Below are positions 57,528 to 64,000 of a stretch of DNA of 64,000 bases, piece by piece. The stretch spans positions 6,163-70,162 of the forward strand of contig JBAZKA010000002.1 of the NCBI GenBank assembly GCA_041651015.1, in the 5' to 3' direction. A model generated the notes under the pieces. The model worked only from the letters and a program-made list of their open reading frames with translations, searched no databases and had not been told where the DNA came from. The stretch comes from Patescibacteria group bacterium (GTDB taxonomy: Bacteria; Patescibacteriota; Patescibacteriia; Magasanikbacterales; GWA2-37-8). Both the position numbers and the translations under genes were made by a program. Numbering within the stretch: position 1 is the first letter of the stretch; each line of letters begins with the position of its first letter.

Positions 57528-60197
57528 CTATTTCACCTCGCCCCAATTATCCGCCGCGTTCACCTCGGCCACGACCGGCACGCGCAATTTAACCACGTTT
57601 TCCATGGCTTCTTTTATTATTTTGGAAACGTCATCAATCAAATTTTCTTTCACTTCAAAAATCAACTCGTCATGAACCTGCAACAACATCCTCGCGTCTT
57701 CAGACGAATATTTATTTAGTGCGCTGTTCACCGCCACCATCGCCATTTTCATGAGGTCGGCAGCCGTGCCTTGCACCGGATGGTTGATGGCCATGCGCTC
57801 GGCGCCGGAACGGATCTGATAATTACTCACATTAATTTCCGGAATATAACGCCGGCGTCCAAAAAGAGTTTCCACATAACCGGACTGGCGCGCGAACTCC
57901 AGCGTGGAATCTAAATATTTTTTCACCCCGCTGAATTGTTCAAAATATTTATCAATAAATTGTTTGGCTTCGTATTGAGTCAAGTCCACTCGCGCGCTGA
58001 GCCCGTACGAGCCCATACCATAAAGCACGCCAAAGTTTACCTGCTTGGCGGCGCTGCGCATTTCCTTGGTGACCTCGTCCAACGGGACGTTGTTCACAAT
58101 CGCGGCCGTGGCTCTATGAATATCCTCGCCCTTCTCAAAAATCTCAATCATTTTTTTGTCTTCGGCGAGCGAGGCGACAATGCGAAGTTCAATCTGTGAA
58201 TAATCAGCGCTGATTAATTTATTACCGGATTCAGCGATAAAACATTTACGAATTTCATTGCCCAATTCCCCGCGGATGGGAATGTTTTGCAAATTCGGGT
58301 CCGAGCTGGACAGGCGTCCGGTGGCGGTAATGGCTTGGTTGTAAGTGGTGTGCACGCGCCCGGTTTTGGGATTTACTAATTTTGGCAACACGTCCACATA
58401 AGTATTTTGCAATTTGGTCAGCTCGCGCCATTTTTCTATTTCATCAATAATCGGATGAAGTCCGCGCATTTTTTCCAATTCGGCTTGCGCCGTGGACAAA
58501 CCGGTTTTGCCTTTTTTGATGCCAAGCGCGGGAATGTCCATTTTTTCAAACAACACTTCGCGTAACTGGTTAGGCGAACCAATGTTGAATTCTCCGCCGG
58601 CATGCTCGTAAATCTTCTCCGTAATTTGCTTAACTTCGCACATCAGATGTTCGGACAAACGCTGTAATTCTTTCAAATCAATTTTCACGCCGTTTAACTC
58701 CATCCGGGCAAGTATCAAAGCCACTGGGATTTCCAATTTGACAAGCAAGTCTAAATTGTTGGCCGTGGATAATTCATTTTCTAAAATTAATTTTACCGAG
58801 GAAATCCGGCACCAATCTTCGGCCTCGGCGCGTTTATCAATGCCGAACAAACCGGCCTGACCGGCGCCGACTTTTCTTTCCGAACCCAAATATTTCAAAG
58901 CCAAACTATTTTCGTCATGCGCCCGCGTGCCCGGGTTCAACAAGTACGAAGCGAGCATCAAATCAAAAAGTTTGCATTTGACGTTCACGTTGCGCAAAAA
59001 TAATATTTTTACGAATTTCTTTATATCATGAACACATACTTCAATTGACTCGTCAGAAAAAATTTCCGTCAAATTATCAAATAAATTTTCCGGAATAAAA
59101 TACGCGTTATTATCAATTGCCGCGACAAAACCTTCTGGTTTGAAACTATAAACATCGGCATTAACGCCAATGACTTTGAACGCCACCGAACCAATATCTT
59201 TTATTTTTTTAATCAAATCTTTGGCGCCGGCCTTGTCCGCAATTTCATAATACTCAATATTCTTGGCGGTAATTTTTTTGTTAGTCTTTTTTTCCATTTT
59301 CGGCATTTCAGATTCCTCGCCCGGCAAACGACGCACCAATGAATAAAATTCCAACTCACGAAAAATATTAATAACTTTTTCCCGGTCAAAATCCTTGGCT
59401 CGGCATTGTTCCAAATTAAAATCCACATCCGGCACGTCCTGATCAATCGTCGCCAAATCATAACTCATTCGCGCGCTGGCCTCGCCATCAACCAATTTTT
59501 TTATCACGCCGGGTTTAATTTTTTCTTCAATTCCCGCTATTTTTATTTGTTTATATATTTCTTCCAGATTACCAAACTTCTGCAAAAGATCCACTGCGGT
59601 TTTTTCACCAATGCCGGGCACGCCCGGAATATTGTCTGACGCATCGCCGCGCAAAGCTTTATAATCTATCATTTGGTCGGGTGAAAAACCAAAAGTGTTT
59701 TTTACTTCTTTCGCGTCATACACCACGGTGTCGCTCATGCCTTTGCGCAAAGTAAAAACTTTTGTATTTCCACCCACAAGCTGCAGAGTGTCTTTGTCGC
59801 CGGTGACGATCATGATTTCCAAATCAGAATTATTTTTGTTTTTCTTTACCACGGTGCCGATGACATCATCAGCCTCATAACCGGATTTTTCGTAAATCGG
59901 GATATTAAACGCCTGCACTAAATCATGCACCAGAGGAATCTGATCATATAATTCTTGGTCGGCTTTAACGCGGGTGGCTTTGTATTTATCAAATTTTTCG
60001 TGGCGGAAAGTCGGGCCCTTCACATCAAAAGTCACCGCGATATATTCAGGTTTCAAATCATGCCAAGCCTTGAGAAGCATGGAAGCAAAGCCGTAAACCG
60101 CATTGACCATACGCCCATCTTTGGTGGTCATCGGAGGTAGGGCGTGGTAGGCCCTGTGTATTATTGCATTACCGTCAATAATAATTAATCTTTTCAT
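57528..60197 (-). CDS. polA: DNA polymerase I
   Basis: 5'-3' exonuclease N-terminus, polymerase motifs A (DYSQIELR), B (RRxAKxxNFGxxYG) and C (QVHDELIFE). Confidence 0.95.
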   Translation of the reverse strand: MKRLIIIDGNAIIHRAYHALPPMTTKDGRMVNAVYGFASMLLKAWHDLKPEYIAVTFDVKGPTFRHEKFDKYKATRVKADQELYDQIPLVHDLVQAFNIPIYEKSGYEADDVIGTVVKKNKNNSDLEIMIVTGDKDTLQLVGGNTKVFTLRKGMSDTVVYDAKEVKNTFGFSPDQMIDYKALRGDASDNIPGVPGIGEKTAVDLLQKFGNLEEIYKQIKIAGIEEKIKPGVIKKLVDGEASARMSYDLATIDQDVPDVDFNLEQCRAKDFDREKVINIFRELEFYSLVRRLPGEESEMPKMEKKTNKKITAKNIEYYEIADKAGAKDLIKKIKDIGSVAFKVIGVNADVYSFKPEGFVAAIDNNAYFIPENLFDNLTEIFSDESIEVCVHDIKKFVKILFLRNVNVKCKLFDLMLASYLLNPGTRAHDENSLALKYLGSERKVGAGQAGLFGIDKRAEAEDWCRISSVKLILENELSTANNLDLLVKLEIPVALILARMELNGVKIDLKELQRLSEHLMCEVKQITEKIYEHAGGEFNIGSPNQLREVLFEKMDIPALGIKKGKTGLSTAQAELEKMRGLHPIIDEIEKWRELTKLQNTYVDVLPKLVNPKTGRVHTTYNQAITATGRLSSSDPNLQNIPIRGELGNEIRKCFIAESGNKLISADYSQIELRIVASLAEDKKMIEIFEKGEDIHRATAAIVNNVPLDEVTKEMRSAAKQVNFGVLYGMGSYGLSARVDLTQYEAKQFIDKYFEQFSGVKKYLDSTLEFARQSGYVETLFGRRRYIPEINVSNYQIRSGAERMAINHPVQGTAADLMKMAMVAVNSALNKYSSEDARMLLQVHDELIFEVKENLIDDVSKIIKEAMENVVKLRVPVVAEVNAADNWGEVK

Positions 60198-60516
60198 ATC
60201 AAATTAAGCCACTTGCCCCGTAGCGGTCGCGGAGCGACCTGCTACTGGGGTCTATAATGATAAGTCTTTTCATACCCCGTAGAAGAATTTTGAATTAATC
60301 ATATTTCGTTAATAAACAGGGTCGCTCTTTATTTGCTAGCAATCCCAATTAATCCCGTGGCCGATAAATTGATTTTGCCCTATGGGCAAAATCGTTCAAA
60401 ATTTCTCTACGGGGCATATTTACATCCATTTTACGCTATTCTACGTCCGCTGGCAAACCTTGACGATATCGGCATATCGTGATAATATATGTTTCCACTA
60501 CGAACAGGAGGAAACG

Positions 60517-60651
60517 ATGTTATACATAAAAGAAGAATCATATTTTCGCCTTTTTTTATGTGGTCTCGGCACTTACTTCGCCGTAACCGTCGGGGGAGCT
60601 TGCCTCGGCCTGCTCATTTCAAAGATCTTCGGCCTCACCCTGCCTTTTTAA
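60517..60651 (+). CDS. 44-aa hydrophobic peptide (MLYIKEESYFRLFLCGLGTYFAVTVGGACLGLLISKIFGLTLPF)
   Basis: SD AGGAGG 6 nt upstream; TTGACG-17-GATAAT promoter about 40 bp upstream; intrinsic terminator at about 60672-60705. Confidence 0.4.
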   Translation: MLYIKEESYFRLFLCGLGTYFAVTVGGACLGLLISKIFGLTLPF

Positions 60652-60746
60652 CTCACCGGCTCAAAACCCGCAGATGTCCGTCGCGAACTCGCCTCGGACT
60701 TTTTTATTTAAAAAAAATAACCCCAACAAATCTGGGATTATTTTTG

Positions 60747-60818
60747 AGGTACCGGTGGGAATTGCACCCACGCATAGAGGTTTTGCAGACCTCTGCCTTA
60801 CTGCTTGGCTACGGTACC
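60747..60818 (-). tRNA. tRNA-Cys (anticodon GCA)
   Basis: hand-folded: acceptor GGTACCG/CGGTACC, 3-bp D-stem, anticodon stem GAGGT/ACCTC with loop CUGCAAA, discriminator U73. Confidence 0.75.
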
Positions 60819-60845
60819 AAAATAAATTGTGTTTAATACTTAATA

Positions 60846-60935
60846 CGTTGTGGAGTTTTGTCTCCCTGCGGGAGACCTTACTGCCCCGCCCAAGGCGGGC
60901 GCGCCTAGGGCGCGTTGGCCACGGTACCAAATTTC
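60846..60935 (-). other. pseudo-tRNA: duplicate of tRNA-Cys 5' part interrupted by GC-rich hairpins
   Basis: minus strand GGTACCGTGGCCAACGCGCCCTAGGCGCGCCCGCCTTGGGCGGGGCAGTAAGGTCTCCCGCAGGGAGAC; no T-arm or 3' acceptor strand. Confidence 0.45.
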
Positions 60936-60977
60936 GTGTTAAAAATATAACACGAAAATGATTTTATTTCAAGACGC

Positions 60978-62306
60978 CTACTTTACGTATTTGAGTGGGT
61001 TAACCCGAGCGCCGTTTACTCTCACTTCAAAATGTAAATGAATACCGGTGACGCCGCGCACATTTCCCGTGTTACCCATAAGACCGATTGTCTGCCCGGC
61101 TTTAACATAATCACCGACACTCACTAATAATTTATTGTTGTGACCATATAACGTGATCACGCCATTGCCATGGTCAATTATAATAACACAGCCATAACCA
61201 CTATTCCAACCACACTGGGATTTAGTGACAGTGCCGGCTCGGGCGGCGTAGTTCGGCGTATTTAATTTGCTGGCCAAATCCAAACCTAAATGACGCCAAC
61301 TATAATACTGGGTGATGGTCCTGGCCGCGCTCGGCCAAACATAACCGGACACCGAAGCGGATTGACCGGATGATGCCGGCACAGTACCGGTATATTTTCC
61401 TTGTGAGGTTGTGTAAGTTGATTTTGGACGAACCGCCACTTGCACAGCAGTGCCATTTGGAATCATGATTCTTTTACCAATAACCAGATCAGTGCCGTCT
61501 TCGCTCAGTCCATTGAAAATAACTATGTCCTCGGCTTTTGCGCCATAGGTGGAAGCAATTTTTTTCAAAGTGTCGCCTTTCTTGATTGTGTGCATCACAC
61601 CCGTGGTCGGCGGTATGTGCAATTTATCTCCCGGACGAAGCAAGGTTGTATAACTAATGCCGTTTTCCCACATTAGCGTGGAAATGCTCACGCCATAACG
61701 ATAAGCAATACTGGAAAGAGAGTCTCCGGGCTGTATTGTATAGTCCATCACTTCCTTGCGGCTGACGTTAACGATGGCAGCCCCGCTCATAATTACTGGT
61801 TTACCAACAGCTCCGGACAAAGCAAAAGTCCCCAACTCTATATTCAAATTATTTTCTTCGGTGACCGCGCCAAGTGTAGGCTCGCTTTGAACCACTCCGC
61901 TTTTCCAAGCGGGCGCTTCGGTGGTCTGGGCGGTAGTTGCCTCGGCGGAAATTTCTTCGTAATCATAGCTTTCACCCGGACCAAATAATTTGTAAGCCAT
62001 GGTCTTTTGACCGGGATGAACACCTAATTCCTGAGATAGTATCTTGGTTTGAGGCAAGGCTGAGACAAATAAAACGACTAAAAGTATAATTTGCAAATTA
62101 CTTCTTTTTAACCACCAAATTTTGTCAGTTCCCAGGCCTATCTTTTTTAGAAAATATTCCAACTTATAATTCCAAAACGCAAAAAAACGCCAAATAAAAA
62201 CGAAAAATTTGGCTATGTGCAGGTAAATATTCTTTCCAGACCACCAAAGGAATTTTTTTATTCCCACCAAGAGATACAGAATTTTCAACAGCAGTTTGTA
62301 TTTCAT
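60978..62306 (-). CDS. M23-family peptidase with LysM domains
   Basis: two LysM-like segments plus C-terminal M23 motifs HxxxD and LHFEV. Confidence 0.85.
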   Translation of the reverse strand: MKYKLLLKILYLLVGIKKFLWWSGKNIYLHIAKFFVFIWRFFAFWNYKLEYFLKKIGLGTDKIWWLKRSNLQIILLVVLFVSALPQTKILSQELGVHPGQKTMAYKLFGPGESYDYEEISAEATTAQTTEAPAWKSGVVQSEPTLGAVTEENNLNIELGTFALSGAVGKPVIMSGAAIVNVSRKEVMDYTIQPGDSLSSIAYRYGVSISTLMWENGISYTTLLRPGDKLHIPPTTGVMHTIKKGDTLKKIASTYGAKAEDIVIFNGLSEDGTDLVIGKRIMIPNGTAVQVAVRPKSTYTTSQGKYTGTVPASSGQSASVSGYVWPSAARTITQYYSWRHLGLDLASKLNTPNYAARAGTVTKSQCGWNSGYGCVIIIDHGNGVITLYGHNNKLLVSVGDYVKAGQTIGLMGNTGNVRGVTGIHLHFEVRVNGARVNPLKYVK

Positions 62307-62401
62307 AACTTGACTTTTGGTGCCATAATAGCATATTATATTTATCGCATAAAAGCAAGATGAGAGAGATTGCTATATTATTAATTAATTTAACCATTCT
62401 C

Positions 62402-64000
62402 TATGACACAAAGTGTCATCATAGTGGCTCTGGGGGCGATTCTGCCCGCCCTGATCGCCGTAGCATACGGCATTGTCTTGATCCGTTGGATCAACAAGCA
62501 GCCGGCCGGCGATGATCGCATGCAAGCGATCGCCCGCGCCATCCAAGATGGCGCCAAAGCCTACTTGGGCCGACAATACAAAACCATCGCCATTGTCGCG
62601 GCCGTAATGTTCATAGTCATTGGCCTCGTAACAGATTGGATTACCGGTTTTGGCTTTTTGGTCGGTGCTTTTCTATCCGGCGCGACCGGTATTATTGGCA
62701 TGAACATTTCTGTCCGCGCCAATGTACGCACGGCTGAAGCGGCTAAAAAGGGTTTTAAACAAGCTATGAACATGGCGGTGCGCGGCGGTTCCATCACCGG
62801 TTTGCTGGTGGCCGGTCTGGCTTTGCTTGGTGTCTCCGGATTTTATCTTTTAACCAATGATATTAGCGCCTTGATCGGTCTCGGATTTGGCGCTTCTCTT
62901 ATTTCTATTTTTGCTCGTATCGGCGGAGGTATCTTTACCAAAGCAGCTGATGTTGGCGCCGACTTGGTCGGTAAAGTGGAAAAAGGAATTCCTGAAGATG
63001 ACCCGCGCAACCCGGCTGTTATTGCCGATAACGTTGGCGATAATGTCGGCGATTGCGCCGGCATGGCCGCGGATTTGTTTGAAACATACGCTGTCACTGT
63101 CGTGGCCGCCATGGTACTCGCATCATTACTTTTCCCGGGCAACAATAAAATTTTAGTTCTCCCGCTTTTACTCGGCGGTGTTTCTATTATTGCTTCCATC
63201 CTCGGAACATTCTTTATCCGCGTGGGTGAAGATAAAAAAGTGATGAAAGCGCTCTACAAGGGTTTGATTGCATCTGGAATTTTTGCTCTTATCGGTTTTT
63301 ATCCCCTGACAAAATGGTTGGCAATCGGGTTGGATGGAATAACCTCCCTGCATCTTTATTTTACAGCAATTATCGGTTTAATTTTGACTGGTGTGATGGT
63401 GTTTGTCACCGAATATTACACTTCACAAAATTATAAACCAGTGCAAGATATTGCCAAAGCTTCCACCACCGGCCACGGCACAAATATAATTTCCGGTTTA
63501 GCTGTCTCTATGAAAGCCACGGCACTGCCCGTGCTCGCGATTGTGGCTGCCATCCTTCTTTCTTATTGGCTCGCTGGAATTTTTGGCGTGGCCATTGCCG
63601 CTGTCGCCATGTTGTCGCTGACTGGTATCATTGTTACTATTGATGCTTATGGTCCAATCACGGATAATGCCGGCGGTATTGCCGAAATGGCAAATCTGCC
63701 AAAAGAAGTCCGAGATATTACCGATCCGTTAGATGCAGTCGGCAACACAACCAAGGCTGTGACCAAAGGTTATGCGATTGCTTCAGCCGGACTCGCCGCG
63801 CTCGTCTTGTTCGCTGACTTCACTCACAAACTTCCGGAATCAACTGTATTTTTAATTAATGACCCGAAAGTTCTCGCCGGTTTATTCATCGGTGGTTTGC
63901 TCCCGTATTTGTTTGGCGCCATGCTTATGGAATCTGTGGGCAAGGTCGCGGGCAAAGTGGTAGAGGAAGTCCGCAGACAATTCAAAGAAATTGTCGGCAT
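62402..64000 (+). CDS. hppA: membrane-bound proton-translocating pyrophosphatase (partial, continues past window end)
   Basis: H+-PPase motifs [21 protein letters not shown] and GGG(I/A)[14 protein letters not shown]; no stop before position 64000. Confidence 0.85.

Noticed and set aside
1-64000. CRISPR array search
   Set aside because: No regularly spaced short direct repeats with unique spacers. The repeat families found are irregular, long, or inverted.

Overview
The window is an AT-rich bacterial chromosome segment. Housekeeping genes include rpiB, rpe, trxB, ruvC, yebC, rpoC, rpoB, ftsK, recA, ychF, rmuC, rpsT, holA, polA and an H+-pyrophosphatase. There is also a type IV pilus assembly operon (pilBCMNO) and a cluster of secreted cell-surface proteins. 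The gene content is compatible with a small-genome, possibly Patescibacteria/CPR-like organism; this is inference only. Two stretches look like accessory or defence DNA. The first is a roughly 12 kb island (about 5.3-17.5 kb). It holds a five-gene operon encoding a RadC-Dam-like DNA methyltransferase fusion, an AlwI-family-like restriction endonuclease, a second (beta-class) methyltransferase, a DUF4297-like nuclease and a HerA-like ATPase. After the operon come a GIY-YIG/PUA(EVE)-like nuclease, a promoter-driven two-gene module (unknown protein plus DUF3800-like protein), a GC-rich ORF bounded by perfect 19-bp inverted repeats, and an HD-domain protein. These modules are separated by copies of a hairpin-containing repeat family. 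The second accessory stretch is a two-gene restriction-modification cassette (gamma-class N6A methyltransferase plus putative endonuclease) inserted upstream of rpoB between 62-bp direct repeats. Other non-coding structure includes a short iteron-like repeat, two copies of it forming an inverted pair upstream of recA. A perfect 26-bp palindrome occurs three times around a tRNA-Arg/tRNA-Ala locus, which also carries a 72-bp duplication including the tRNA-Ala 3' end. Degenerate 5'-half tRNA copies with GC-rich hairpins sit upstream of tRNA-Arg and tRNA-Cys. Several promoter/terminator-delimited small transcription units are visible. No CRISPR array and no rRNA are present. All protein calls come from motif recognition in the supplied translations; no database search was possible.
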